Source: Callorhinchus milii (lineage: Eukaryota). Taken from it: a stretch of 64,000 nucleotides of DNA. Below, piece by piece: positions 38,401 through 53,400 of this stretch; within the stretch, counting starts at the first letter, position 1; each line of letters begins with the position of its first letter. A program made the translations under genes and the position numbers. The notes below the pieces were generated by a model that was not told the DNA's origin, did no database searches, and was given only the letters and a program-made list of their open reading frames with translations. The stretch lies in the NCBI RefSeq assembly GCF_018977255.1, contig NW_024704742.1, positions 53,136,001 to 53,200,000 on the forward strand, read 5' to 3'.

Positions 38401-41400
38401 TTTCTTCCACCACTGACGCATCGCCCGTCTCCGCCAATACCTCTCCCCAAAAGCCGCTGAAACTCTGATCCATGCCTTTGTCACCTCTCGGCTGGACTGC
38501 TCTAACGCCTTCCTCGCCGGTCTCCCATCTACTACCATCCATAAAATCCAGATTATTCAGAACTCTGCCGCCTGCATTCTCACCCACATTAAACTCCGCT
38601 CCCCGATCACCCCAGCCCTTGCCAGACTCCACTGGCTCCCTAACCCAGAGAGGATCGATATCAAGATCCTCACCCTCTTATTCAAGCCCTGCACTCCTCT
38701 GCACCCCCCCTACCTCTCTGACCTCCTCTCTCCTCAGCACAGTACCCGTTGCCTTCGTTCCTCCGGGTCTGGCCTCCTCCTTGGCCCCTGAGTCCTCCGC
38801 TCCACCCTCGGCGGCCATGCCTTCAGTCACTATGCCCCAAGGCTCTGGAACTGCCTTGCTCACTCCCTTCGTCTCGCTCCCTCCCTTCCCATTTTCAGGT
38901 CTCTGCTGAAGACCTTTCTTTTCGATTGTGCCTTTGGTCACCTTCCTACCCCTCCCCCTGGCTCGGTACCGGGATCCTAAACTGTAAAGCGCTCTGAGAC
39001 GCCGCCTGGCATGGAGGGTGCTATCCAAATCCAAGTTGTTGTTGTTGTTGTTGACTCACCATCATCAATACAATTTACTATATAATTTACATTTATGTAG
39101 TGCCATCAGGAGGACGGGCTCAAAAGCATGAACCTTCACAAATGCAGCTCGCACCTTGAAAAGCTTCTTGCATTCAGCGATCATATGTGCCAGGCCTTGG
39201 GTAGCAGCCAAGTTTTCATTCAAGTCCTTCTGGTCAGGTTTGCCCAAGCTTTGTTTCCTCTGAATTACCCTGGATTAAAAAGGAACAATGATCTCATAAG
39301 CCTTGAGTGACTGGTGAACAACGCCACAGGCACATTGGTGCCAGCACAGGTATTTGTGGGAGGAACAAAGGGAGCAGTCAACAACTGGAAACCCTCCTAA
39401 ACGTGCACAAAGATCAGCGATAAAGACATTTGATTTATGGCGCATGCTTACATGGGAGTAAAAATTCCTTTCTGTAGTGACCCTGCAGCAATTTGTCTCT
39501 ACTTTAGAAGCTGTCCTCAAATGAGCCTTGACGTGGGTTTAAAGATAGTAGGGCTGAGCAGCAAGGTCAGTGATTTTATTTTAATTAAGTTCTTTCAGGC
39601 AGCAGTGCGTGGGCTGGAGGAGGCTTAAACTGTCACGTTGGAAACGTTCTCTATCACCTGTGGCACTCTGGCAATTGACCACTTCAAGCAGTGTATGCCC
39701 GCGCAATAAATAACTGTGAAGGAAACGACAAAAGCACGATTGTGAAGATAGAATGGAACGACTGCAAACTTTTTTTTGTATTTGTTAAAATAATTGACAG
39801 ACACTATCATTTTATGCTTTAAAATCTTAAGGGGATAAAATGCCTCTTTGCTGCTAAGTGTGGTTGCTTTGTCGCTGTGCATTTATGTTGGGAAATCTAA
39901 TTCTTGGTGCACATTATCAATGTACCCATAACAATTCCTCTATACATGTCAGTTTATTACTGGTCTCCCCAATGTACAAGTCTGTCTGTCCATTACTGCT
40001 AATAATAATATAATAATAATCCTTGCATTTGGGATAGCCCTTATCAGGTCGGAAGGAAGTCTCAAAGTACTTTACAGGATTTACCTTGAAGTGGAGTGAT
40101 TATATTTGAAGTTGAACGCGGCAGACCAATTGCACACAGCAATGTCGCACAAACAGCTATGTAATGAATGACCAATTATTTAAATCTGGGGGATTGTTGA
40201 CCAGGACACTGGGAAAGAGAAACTCTCTTCTCTTTTTCGAATAGCGCAATGTGATCGTTAACATCCACCTGAACAGGCAGATGGGGATCTTGGTTTAACG
40301 TCTCATCTGAAGGACGGCACCTCTGACAATGCAACACCCCCAGCACTGTATTGGAGTGCTAGTTTAGACTATGTGAATTCAAGCCCTGTGTAAATGTATC
40401 TAGTGTTACTGATCTCCTCCATAGACGTCTGCATATAATGATTTCCCGTGTGTCCATATCTGGTTATTACAGATAATAATAATCCTTGCATTTTGATATA
40501 GCGCTTTTCACGTCGGGAGGAAGTCCCAAAGCGCTTCACAGAAAACACTGTAAAGTGAATTGACTGTATATTTGTGGGCGAATGCGGCAGCCAATTGCGC
40601 ACAGCAATGTCCCACAAACAGTCGTAGATTGAAAATGACCAATTTATTATTGTTTTGTTGTTTTGGAGGGATTATTATTAGGCGTGTGGAGTAAGGAAAC
40701 TTGCCCAAGGTTTCGCCCTGCCTGGAATTGAACTCAGGTCTCTCGCTTGCAAAGCGAGTGCTCTAACCACTGAGCTACAGGACTCCACAAATCTGCCCTC
40801 TGCCCACAGATCTGCCCTCAGCACTGGTGTTTCTACGTTATTGATGTTCCACTGCGTACATGTGTGTAAATTGCTAATCTCCTGGGATGTATGCCAGTGT
40901 GTTACTAATCTCCATCTTTGTATGCACTTAAAACCAGAAGTAGAGACGACTTTGCCCTGAAATAACAAGCTCGTTATCACTCAAAAATTAAAAAAAGGCT
41001 TTTGTTACCTGGGGGAGGAGTTCTCCCTCTTGAGAGTATTGAGGTGGAAGAGTGAAGGCGCCAGGCACACTGCCAAGTTTGTTGGCGTCATCTGGTTTTC
41101 TTCCACCAAGGCTGCCACGTCACTGAGAAAGTAGAGCAGAGTCTGCAGAGCCTCTCGGTTCTCATCGGGCAACAGCATGATGCCAGCCTGGATCGCTTGC
41201 AGACGCTGGTCCTTCGGGACGTCTGTGGCACATGTTAGTGTTGAAAGTCAGTGACTGCAGCAAGGAGAACATTTCTACAACAGGAGTTTCTCTCAGTTAT
41301 CTAAGATTTGTGCTTGATTCCCATCTGTGTTTTCCCCTGCCCTGGAGATTCCTCTCTCCCTCTCCTAAAGGCACTGACTACTGCTAGAGTGCAGCTCTCC

Positions 41401-44400
41401 TAAGTGTCTGCTAGCCTTCAGATACACACCCTAGTGGCCATTCTTCAGATGTGAGATGAATTAGATCAGGTTATTTAGCTATGGAGAGCATCCCATCCGG
41501 GTCTAATCCAGCCTCATGCAGTGGCCACATTGGCACTTTCCAGCAGGTAGACACAAACTGGATCTGCAGCTGGATTCCGGGCTGCTCTTCCTTTGCCTCA
41601 GGTCATCAGTACAATAGTAGGTGTTCCAAACGTATAGGTAGTCCCAGGTGGGGTCCGCAAGAAGTAGAGGATTGAACCTGAGATCTTCCCAGTTTGTTTG
41701 ATCCCAGAACTGTTTTAGTAACCAAACCTTTAGGGTGACTGGCTAGAATTTTGACACTCATTTAGGATTGGGGCACTGCAAGCACGCAGATAGCACTGCT
41801 CAGCACAAAATCCGAGCTTGCTATGCTTATCGAAAACAAAAATCCCCACCCTCCCACCAACTCTTTTTGATTTGAAATGTAGTTAGCTGATGCGTCCCTG
41901 AGGATAAGGAAAAAGAGACAGTTGATGATTGAGGATCCTCTCCAGGGATGCTTTGTTTTGCCCATGCAACACGTTGACCGCACAATACCCTGAAATGGAT
42001 CTGGGCAACAACAAAATAATCCTGACACTTTCCTGAAACCCTATACACTGCCCGCGAAACATTCCCTCGGTAAAAATCAACCAGCACATTTCAACATTCG
42101 GACATTTAGAAACTGCTTATGAAATTGTGGTGCACGTGACCACCAGAATCCCTCTCCCTCATTAACAAAGTGCTCAGGCTGAACTCGAGGAAGACACATA
42201 GCTTACTCTTTCGAGAGAGTGTGCCTATAAATTCCTTTAGTGAAGCTATTACTCAAGTTATTTTTGGACTGTTTATTTTAAGAGAATATCCTGCTAACTG
42301 GCTATCCAATACCAATTGTTTCAGTCATCGAGCTTCTCCCAAGCCGTGCACTCCTTTCCGTGGGTCTGACTTACATTGGTAGATCTGCAGGAATGTTTCG
42401 GAGAGCTTGCTGGTCATCAGAGGTTCTGGTAGATCTCTGAAATACTGCTTGACCATATCTGCCACATCGTACGCAGACTGCCCTTCGTAGTTCACGCCAT
42501 CTGTACACGTTTCATTCATCTGCCGCAAGGCTTGGATTCGGGACTTAACTCCAGACTTCCGAAACAATCCAACCTGTTTATAGAAAGGGGGATAGAGGGG
42601 AAAGCGATGAATACTGGTATCACAGAGAGCTTTGCTTCCCAGTGAGACCTTTTTATAAAGTAAGATGTGATGGCTATTTTTTCCTCTTGTCTGCAAATAA
42701 AATGCCAATTGCAGCCTCATAAAATTAGGTTAGAGAAAAAACAGCCACTGCAGTCAATATTGAGAGCAAGTAATTTACTCTCTCAGGGATTTCGGATAAA
42801 CTATCATAGTCACCCATTTAAATGAAGGTGTGTTGAACAGGACACTGACCTGGTCCAGGCACTGACTGCGCAGATAACGCATGGCTTGCTGGATGCTCTG
42901 AGGGAGTGGATGTCCTGAGCGTTGAACATTGATCAGCAGAGGAACCCCGAAAACGTTCCTGTCCTTATAGTCCGGAACCTTGATTCTCTTCATAAACTTC
43001 GGCACGGCCCTGGAAGACAGTGAGTGGGGAGCAATGTGAATACAGGTGTAGCTCTGCCAGACACAGAGATAGAGCCCATGTAATATACAGTCACGCCACT
43101 TTACAGTATATTCAGCGAAGTTCCTTGAGACATCTCAAAGACGTGATAAGGCGCTATATTAAATGCAAGGATTATTATTAATGGGCAGGCTTAAAACGGG
43201 TGCTTCCAGTAGATGCCTAGCACCAGCACTGACAATGGGTCGAATGGATTTCTTCTGATCTGTAAAGTTTCTGAAGCTTGAAATTTTATTTAGTCTCAGC
43301 CTAAATGCGCAGTTTGTCTTAAAATATAACATAGTGGAATTTTTTGATTTATACTTAATCTGTTAGCTGGTTCTTTTTAAGAACCATAGAAAACCCTTTT
43401 CCAAATTAAAACTGAATTGGAGAAATTCAATTCTGCGCAATCTTAAATTTTTTGAAGGCAAAACAGTCTCCAGGCTAAAACTGGGTAGAAATTTGGGCCT
43501 TTGATGATTCTGTATATTTGAAAAGTAATTATCTTTACTCGGATTTACTATTTTAAATGAGCTGTTTTGCTTTCCTTCTATTATTGCTGTTGCCGGGACT
43601 AAAGGCTCCTTTTGGCATTTGCGCGAAGTACCAATATCCGCTTCCATTCCGCAATTGTCTGTAATCCAATCTGATACTGAACTAAGAAAAATACTGCTGA
43701 AACATCAAACAGCCGCGAGGCTCTGCTGGCTACACTACTGATGTGTTCTACTGTCAACACCTCTCAGAGCTCTGGGCGAAAAACAAAAGTGATCTTTGCT
43801 TGATTTGTATCCAAAGCAAATTGAAGCCTACTATTCTACAGCTCTCAATGATGCAGCTTCTTGTAGATTTGGACAGAACAACTAGGCTGACAATGTGGGT
43901 TTTGTGCAACCAGAGATTGGCTCTGTTAAACCCTAAGGCAGCCAGTATGCCCTGCTCCCATCTGTAACTGCTCTGCAGCTGATGTCAAGGTTCAGATATT
44001 GCCAACGCAAGAACAGGTTGCCACAAAATTCCCCCGTTGAAACAAAAATGAGCTCAGCAGCTCTTGCACAGCTTTAACTAGTGTGAATGGAACAAAATAT
44101 GGAGTCGCTCTATACCTCGAATCACGTGTGCAGTACATTATTCAATAAGCACACAATGCAAGCATTGTCAGAGCAGGGAACAAAACATGGCCATACTCAA
44201 AGTCGTAAACAGCTCCTGGAAGAGAGCTTAACCTGACAGTGAAGGATGTTTTTGCAGTGCCTGTGAAGAAGGTGGAATGGAGGGTGTGTGGCGGTGCTAT
44301 TAATGGAGAAGTGGCCAAACAACTCGTCCTTCAGGTCAGCCATTGAACCGAGTTCCCACCTTAGTTGTGGTGGACGTTAGATAACCCAGGGCAGTGGAAA

Positions 44401-47400
44401 ATATTCCACACCTCATCCAAACTCGTTTTACCTTAAAAAGTGTAACCTACAGGGGTTATGGGGAAAGGGCAGGTAAATGGCACTGAACAGATTGCTCTTG
44501 AGGGAGAAAGCACAGAAACGTTGGACTGAATGACCTTTTCTGCCATAAATTTCTAAACAAACAGGTAAATTGCACTTTGTGGGTTGACACCATCATAGAT
44601 AACCTCTTGCATTTGTCTAGATAGCAGCCTCTACACTTGAGAATATTTTGTTGTGTGTAGCACTGCGAGTCATCGCAACTAGATACAACACTATATCAAA
44701 TGCAAATATTATTTAGAAGTATTTCATAAGGCTGAGAGTCCTTTTTCTTAAAGGGACAGTGTCACCGTGTGAAGCAGACTTCAACTGAGGTGACTGCTGC
44801 TGCTCAGTCATTCCTTTAGATGCTGCAGCAAAGAGAGCCCTCTAGCAGCTTCTTCCACACAGTTTTTATATTTAATATTTAGATATTCCCCTCTCCGTTC
44901 CCATCTAAAGAACACAAGGAGTGCAAAAGACCGAAGCTCCTAGAATTCATGCCCTGCAACGGGCTATTAACAGCATGCATGAGTCACTCAGACCGTCACT
45001 TCTTAGCACGAGGTCAGGGCAAACAAAAACATGACACCACATAATCCTGTCTTCTCCTGAGACCCTGCTCACAGCATGCAAACAGAGCAGAGGTTAATCC
45101 GGGCGGGCCTTGTGGGGCAGAGGTTCACTGGTGTATCACTGCCAAGCTACAACTGGCTGACTTAATAGGGAGCAGACCTTGCTGTTCCTAATGCTCTGGC
45201 AATATAAATAACCACACAAAAATAGAATGTCACTGGGGGAGTTTTAACTGCAGCAGTCGATTTGCTGGAAAAGAATGAATTTTATTTGGACCAAACGTCA
45301 CACCATTTACCCACATCTCATATAACAAGTTCCACCAAGTGCAACAGTAACAATAATGGCTGACCTCTCTCCTAAGGCTATTTCATAGTAATGCAGAAGG
45401 GGAGGGGACTAGAGAGAGATTGGATACAGGGGAAGCTTGGTTTAATATGTTTCACTGAAGCTCGAGTTGACTTGTAATATTGGGGGTCGTGAAGACCTGT
45501 GCGTTTACTAAAAGTGCAGTCCACTTGCAGCGGGGCCCAGCTGGCTTCCTGTGAGGAAAATAACCCATAGAAAACAATCTTCAATACTGAATTCAAGAGT
45601 TGTCCTAAATTTGTCCACTCTGAAATGCTAAGAAAGAAATCTAAATCTAGACCCATGTGAAATTTCTACCTTGTGTATTCTTTCAGTGCCAGCAATCTGA
45701 AGGTTGTAATGAATTGGTCTGTGGTACATGCTGCTAGTAATAATAATAATAATACTTGCATGGATATAGCACCTTATCATGTTGTTGAGATGTCTCAATG
45801 CGGTGCACAAGAGTTACTCTGAAGTGTGGTGACTATGAATATGTGGCAGCCAATTTGCACACAGCAAAGTCCCCCAAATAGCCATGAAGCAACCAGTTTT
45901 CTAGTACAGAGTCCTGTGTTTGTATTCTGAATATTCTAGGACCTACCAGTTGAATCCATGCTTGTTAGAAGGTGAATATTTTTCCATCAGAGCAGTAAGC
46001 TTCAACAGTGAGAATTTCTGCAGGAGGTTCATCTGAGCCACAGACTGGCTGTTGATCTGTAGAGAGGCTGAATTTAAGCTTGGTCTGTGCGAAATCTGGA
46101 AACTGTTCCATCGTAACCTCTGGCGTCTGTTTGGATAAGTAATAATATGTAAATTAGTGGCTTATCTGTTTTTTACTAAATAGGCGAGCAATTAGGTTCA
46201 ATTTGAACAAATAGTCAAAAAGGATTAAGAGGTTTATTGATACAAAGCATTACTCTTCTCTGATTGGAATTTCATTTGCACGTTTGGAAGTAAGGAGTGA
46301 ATGTTCAGTACTTGTTTGATATAAGTTATCATCTTGAGTGCTTTACAAAACATCACAAATTTTACTCCATGCAATTTGTGTTCAATAGTAGAAGTGTGTT
46401 AAAAAGCTGACTCCAGAACGCTAGTGTTTGAGTAAAGCAGATCACAAAAGAAGAGTTATTTCCCACACAGGAAGTTGTTGGGACGTAGGTAAAGGCAGAG
46501 TCCATTGTGGGTTTCAAGAGGGATGTGGACAAAAAATGGGCACAACTTGAAGGGGCCATTGGGATTAAATGGAAAGCTTACTCTGGAGAGCCAGTGCAGA
46601 CCCAACAGGCTGAATGGCCCTCCTTTTGTGCTGTAAATTTCTATGATTCTATTGCTACAGTGCTTAGGCAAATCCAATAAATTAAAATGTCCCTGTATTT
46701 CTCATTGTGGTGCTGAAATCTTTTATTGTAGTTCCATCTTTGAAAGTACAGGACCAATTACGTGCCTGATTACAAAATTATTAACAAATGACTGGACTGA
46801 CCTGTTAGATCTGGTCAGCGATGCGCCTACTCCTGAGTCTCTTCTTTCTCGGATCGCTGCCATCTCCTCGGTCTCATTGATGGAGGTCCCGGTGCTGTCG
46901 ATGTCACTGGGTGAGGTTCTGCCGTTCTCGATGTCTAAGTGTATCTGCTTGGGGGAGGACGGGCAGGGAGAAACTGAATCCATCGCTGAATCGGAATCCC
47001 CTTCATCGGAGAGCTTCTCTGACCATTGGTTCACAATCCTCTGCAGTCCGTTCACATGGTGCAGGATGTCATCCAGCTCAGGGAAAATGTCCTCCTCGCC
47101 CCCCAGGTCGGCCAGATCACCAGTGCTGGAGTAGAGGTGGGAGCCTGGCACGTTATCGTATATGCTGAGACGGCTGCCTGAGGAGCTGCAGGAGTTTCGT
47201 CTGCGGCCCAGGCTGAACTCCTTGGAACTGTCGGCACTGCTCTCCCTGGTCAGGCTCCGATGGCCGTGACCGGGAAGGCTCCGGTTTCCCCAGCTGACTG
47301 AGCCGCTCTCTGCTGGGGAGGAGTTGCCATTAGAAAGTGCTTTGGGGAAGGTGCCCGGCTTGTGATCCTCAGGGATGTAGAAGATGACGTCCTCTTCTAC

Positions 47401-50400
47401 CCTCTTCTCATTCTTCAGGTTCCGCTGCCTGGTGTCGTTCAGTGTAGACTGACTGAAGGGGTCGAAGCCTTCCAGGTACATGCCGCTTCGCTTGTTGCTG
47501 GCGCTGTGGCTACGTGTTCTGATGACAGGGCTGGGGGTGCTGCCTGCACTGCTTGTCTCTGACTGACTACTGCTGCTACTCATCTGCGTAGAATAAGAGA
47601 TGCTTCTGTTCCGTACCGCAGGGATGTTGATGTGGTTGCCATTGAGCGCAGATATTTCAACACAGTTGAGGCGTTTCAGCTTGTCTTCGTCAATCCCTTC
47701 TTGCAGCACAGGACCGCTGATGACCAGGTTGCTTTTGGAAGGAAGCTTCTTTTTGCTGTGAGAAGTCTTGATGCGCAAACTCTCCATTCTCTTCAAGAAA
47801 CTCTTAGCCTTGGACTTTGGGTTCCTTTCACTTTTGGCGCTGAAAGCAAAATTGGCCAACTCCTTTGGAGAAGGGAGGTTGCTGAAGGAGTCATCGTTGG
47901 TCAGAGAGTTGCCTGAGGAAATCACGCTGGTCTGGGAATTGGTCCTTTTGCTCTCCGTGTCCTTCTGCGGGTTGGCTCCATTGCTTCCGACGCTGCTGGC
48001 GCTGTGAATGGACGCCACTTCCTGACGTTCACTCAGATCCGTCAGCATGCTCTCGTGACTCAGTGCATTCTTCAGCAGGGCTTCTTCAGCAGAGAAGTCG
48101 CTTCTCACCTCTTTGGGAGCAAAGACGTCCAGTTCCTCTAACCGTGACCACCTCTTGCTGTCCCGCTGGAACGTCCACCGGCCACTTATAGCACAAGGCT
48201 CGTCCTCATCAGAGTCCTCACTCTGAAAAGAAGAGAATTCCAGTTATGTAGAGGTTGTATTGAGTGATTTCCTTTTTTTAAAAAAAACAGAAGTGTTGAG
48301 GTAAGCACTCGAAACATAACAATAATCCTTGCAATTGATATAGCCTTGCACATCTGGAGGGCATCTCAAAGCACTGGACTTATAGAGTGTAGTGACCGTG
48401 CATTTTGTAGGAAAACTCCCTTCTCTAATAGTGCCATGGGATCTTCAATGTCCACCTGAACTGGTAGACGGGACCTCACATTAATTTCTCAACCGAAGAT
48501 CGACACCTTCAACAATGCAATGTTTCCCCACCATTCACAGATGAGACTCCACCTGACTCTGTCACAATGGTTAGGCCTGAAGTTGGTCCATGATACCTAT
48601 TGGATTTGCCAGATTTGATCACAATCCAGAGACCCTTTGTTGGAAAATCTACACCAGAGTATATTGCCTAGTTTTGCACAAACCCATGAGAATCAGAAGA
48701 TTGCTTTTCTTCCCTGTCTCTGCTAAATTGTCTGATCTCAGTCAGGGCTAAAGTAATGGCACTGTGATTGGTGTCACTGCCCTCTGGACGAGGCAGGAGA
48801 AAAATTAATCAGTCTCAGTCCTGCTGCTGATCTCTGACGTTTGCTGGAAAGTGCTCGTGTGTGGATTTTGCGTGAGTACAGGGTCAGGTCTGGCTGCAAA
48901 ATGCCCCACAGCCTGCTGACATTCACTGATGGGCTCACATGTGAACAATAACCACTAGGGTGTGGTAGTGGAAAGTGCTGGGGCCTCTGTATAACTATAC
49001 TCTAATCTGAGTCAGGAGAGGAGGTGGTGAGAGAAGAGACATATCAAAGGATGCCAGTAACATAAAATGTCAAAGACACTTAATACTATAGCACTGCACC
49101 TAACAAGAACCACACTTCACACACAGACACTTCACTGATACTAACACATAGAGAGAACCAAGTGTTCTACATCTTAGTGTCTGCTCAATAAAGTAACCCA
49201 GCGCCATTCTACAGCAGCTACATTGTAAAAGAAGCCTATTTGTGTTTTATAATTCCCTTAATGGTACTTCCAAGGCACAGCACAAAGCTTTGTCTAATAT
49301 TGTCTATGATGGTACTTGTCTCGAGACTTCTATATCTCCAAACTGTGACTAAAGAGTTGGCGACACATAGCTATTAAATCTCCACAGTTTATGCCCCCAG
49401 GATCTTGCCACAGATGACACTGCAAAAGTATCCTGGGGAGTTTCAGCCCTGACCCAGAGCTCTGTAATTTAACACTGTTTAATTCCTGTTCTCAGACTTC
49501 AAGCACCATGTATTATGAAAGCCAGGTCACAATAAATAAAATTGCACAGCAACTTAAATTAGGTGAGTTCCAATTTAAGAAAGGTGCTTTTGCCTGACGT
49601 GTCAAATGACTAATATGTTTTTTCATTCTCTTTCTGGCTGCTTGTGATTAGTAATTTATGAAGGGATGATAATCCTTCCATGTTTTTGAAATAGCACCTT
49701 ATTACGTGTTCGAGACGTCTCAAAGTAGAATATACTGTAAAGTGAATTGACTATGTTTTGTGGGCAAATCACACACAGCAGTGTCCCACAAACAGTCATG
49801 GATTGAATGACCAATTTTATTATTATTATTTTTTTGAAGAAATTATTACCTCCGGAAAAGCGATCCGCCAATCGACTAACAACTGGGTTGCTATTTACTG
49901 CTAGGTAAACAGAGGCATGTGGAGGAAGGAAACTTGCCCAATTGGGTGTTGTGTTTCTGTGATGGCATTGCTGAAATCTTTAAGCTGGTTTTGGGCCCAA
50001 TTATTATACAAATCATAGACATTTCCACTACAGAAGGCCATTCAGTCTATTGTGCCTGTGCTGGCTCTTTGAAAGTCCAATCCATTTAGTTTCACTCCCT
50101 GCCTTTTCTCATACCCTTTTATATTTTTCATCATAAATTTTTTTTTGCTCATGCGGGTGCCTAACAAATGTGAAAACCCGTCATTAAACTTAGAATTATC
50201 CAAACCAAATTACTTAAGTGTTTCAATATGTATCTACATTTCCATTTGTCTGGCATGGAGTGTGCAGTCACTCCCCAGTGAGAATATATACCTTGCTTTT
50301 CTCATCTTGGAGAGTTTAAACACAGGTTGGTAAGATCCAAAGCTTGAGGACCCCAGAGTGTGTGTGTTGGAATCCTGCTGGAGTTTAACCAGCTAAAATC

Positions 50401-53400
50401 CCGTTTGTCACTGCAAACACTGACAAGCTTCCCACTGGTTGTCCAGCAAGGACCAATCTACCTAAGTGGGCTTTGACTTGCTGGATTGACAAGAAACGGT
50501 TGGAAGAATCCCAGACCCAAGTATTTTTGTCCCATTCCTTTTAAAACCTATTGTGCCAACTACCTCAACCACTGTCTTTTGTCGAGAGTTCTATGTCCTA
50601 ATAACACTATTTAAAAGAAACCTTCTGTTAACCTCTCCATCTATTGATTACTAGTCATGATTTAGCTAGTCTTTAGCTATTCATTGAAAGTAATGATGTT
50701 TAGCAGAAGTGTTGCAAATTTCACCCCATACTTTCCAAAGACTTTAAGCAATAAGTCACTGTGTAAATGTTGGGAAGTTATAAGACCTGTTTAAAACCAT
50801 TCTAAGGATGGAGAACCATTCTGCCAATCTTATTGATGTGTTTTATTATTTTGTTGTTCTAATACAACTATCAATGATGTTTGGAAAATAAATCCAAATA
50901 TATTAAACAGCAGGACAGAGAGAAACAATTGTGACGTACCACAATGAAAATACTGTAAATATATATATAGGAACATTTTGAAAGAAATGGGAAGGTTTAA
51001 AAGAAAATACATGCTACAAGGTATTTCAGTAAAAGTCACGTCCAGCAAACAGGATTGCAATGCGCTTCATGTTTGGTTTTCTGGAACTTTCTATTACTGA
51101 TGTTTACACTGCGTAACAGTTGAAGCCAAGGCAAAGCTTTGATCTCAGTTTGTATTTACTGAAGCTAGATGTTGGGCAAGATTACACCATGAAGCACACT
51201 TGTTTTACAAATCTGTCTCTATGGCGGCAAATGCCTGTGCGATCTTTTATCTGTGCCAATCTTTAATCATGGGAACTTGCCGCTGATCACTAAATAGAAC
51301 AATTTGACAAGAGCAAGAAGGGAAAGAGTGTTAAGAACAGTTGTAGCATTCTTACATTACATTCCTGTTTGAGCAAAGCATCATCAAAAAGAATGAAAAA
51401 GTAATCTCACCCCTTACCCCCATTTCGAAGGTCAACGGGGACTATTGTTAGTTCATTTGACTTGTCGAACAGCAGCCTTACAAGCACGGAGTAGGGCTTA
51501 CAGAATGACAGTGAGAAATGCAAGTGAAGTGCATGGAATGTCAAATACAGTCTTGTCTAGGTAAACTTCTGTCACTGATTCTGAGACAAAAGCAATCCAG
51601 AAAAGCGGGCAGGGGCACTGACCACCTATGGAGGGCTGACCAGAGAGGAATTAGCTCCAGCAGTGCAATCAAGTATTGCCTGCATTTTATGTATTCTTTC
51701 CTTTGTAGGCAATGAAATACAACACTGGAGATATCACTGTGTTCCACAATTCCAGGTGACAGAAGACTACTGTAGCTGCCCTTGTCAACAACAATATACG
51801 AGGTAATCCTGATGGGGTAGTGGCTGGAGCTGCAGTTTACAGATCAGGAGCTCTGTGGTTTGAATCTCAGTTTGCTGGTCTCAGCTGGGGCTACAGAGAG
51901 AGAGTCCACAAAGGTACTTTAACGCTCAATGCAGAAACATAGGAGAATCCAATAACTATTATATACTTCGAACTGAGCTACATAACTTTCGCCTACAAAA
52001 TATACAGTCAATTCACTTTACAGTATATTCTTGAAGCGCTTTGAGATGTCTAGAAGATGTGATAAGGCGCTATATCAAATGCAAGGATTATTATATTATT
52101 ATTACTCCATGGAGATATCAGAGGTGTTTTTCATTTTAAACCAATGCCCTCTAATGCTGCTCTCATGGTGGAATAAATTGCAATGATTGGATCATACCTT
52201 CCTCCAATCTCTTTCCCAATTCAAGCAAGTTTAGCTCCATGATTCTCTCCTTATAACTTAAGAGTTTGAGTAAAGAGTCTTGTTGTTATTCTTTGATCTA
52301 CCATTAAAAACACAGCTAAACCCCAATAAACACATCAAGGTTACAGTGAGTACTAGGGGATATTGAATTCCACGCTATGAAGCGAATGACCAGTTATTTT
52401 CTCTGGGAGATTGTTGGCCAGGACATTGGGAAAAACTCCCTTCGCTTTTCCAATAATAAATAATAATAATAATCCTTGCATTTGTTATAACGCCTTATCA
52501 CATCTTCTAGACATCTCAAAGCTCTTCACAGAATAGACTGTAAAGTGAATTGACTGTATATTTGTGGGTGAAATAATACCATGGGATCTTTTGATGTACA
52601 TATGAACAGATAGAGGGGACTTTGATTTGTCTCATCTGAAGGACAGCACTTCCAACAATGTAGTGCTGAATCCTCATTGCATCTGAGTGTTAGTTGCCCT
52701 AGACCATGACCTCAAAGACCTGGAGTGGGGTTTGAATACACAACTTTCTGACTCTGAGGTGAGAGTGCTAAGTCCAACTGAGCCAGCAAATAACTAACTA
52801 ACTTTTCAATAAACAGAAGCTCTACCATGGGAGTACACCAAATGTTGTGGCTAGCTAGCACTTCAAGGCTAATATGAAAAAAAAGGTTGGATATTTCAAA
52901 CACACGGCATGTTGACAAAACATAAAATCAATAAATCTTATCAAGAGTTCCACGGACGTCAAACTTACCCTTTTCCTCTGTGGGCTGATTTCTAGTTTCA
53001 TCACGGCACATTTATTCAGCGTGTTTAATCGTCTGAAAGAGAGAAGAGACAATTAATACTGTATAGACAAGCTAAACCGAGCAGGACAACATCCCCTTCT
53101 CCCCATGAATGTGCACTACACAGCTCCTTGTGTAGCTCATCTACATGTAAATGTGTGTGTGAAAGGCTCCAATTAGTATCCATTATGCTCAATGGATAAT
53201 GACTCTGCTGTAGGGAACATTCAGCACAAAAGGATCAATGCACCATTTGGATTGCAGCACAGCCTGTCCCATTTCCCTGGTAACCTCTCTGACAGCGAGT
53301 ACACACGTCTCCATTCAAGGGGTCATTTTACATTGTTTTGAGGAATTATAAACCATAAAATTCACACCCAAATGAATACATTAAAAATAGAAAAGAATCC

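Noticed and set aside
40715..40788. tRNA-Ala(UGC)-like cloverleaf (also at 6845-6918 and 3382-3455)
   Set aside because: It is a SINE head: the T arm is one base short, the acceptor stem is imperfect, and it runs directly into the SINE body and tail
46643..48007. Plus-strand ORFs of 60-163 aa
   Set aside because: Antisense shadows of the large DLC1 exon
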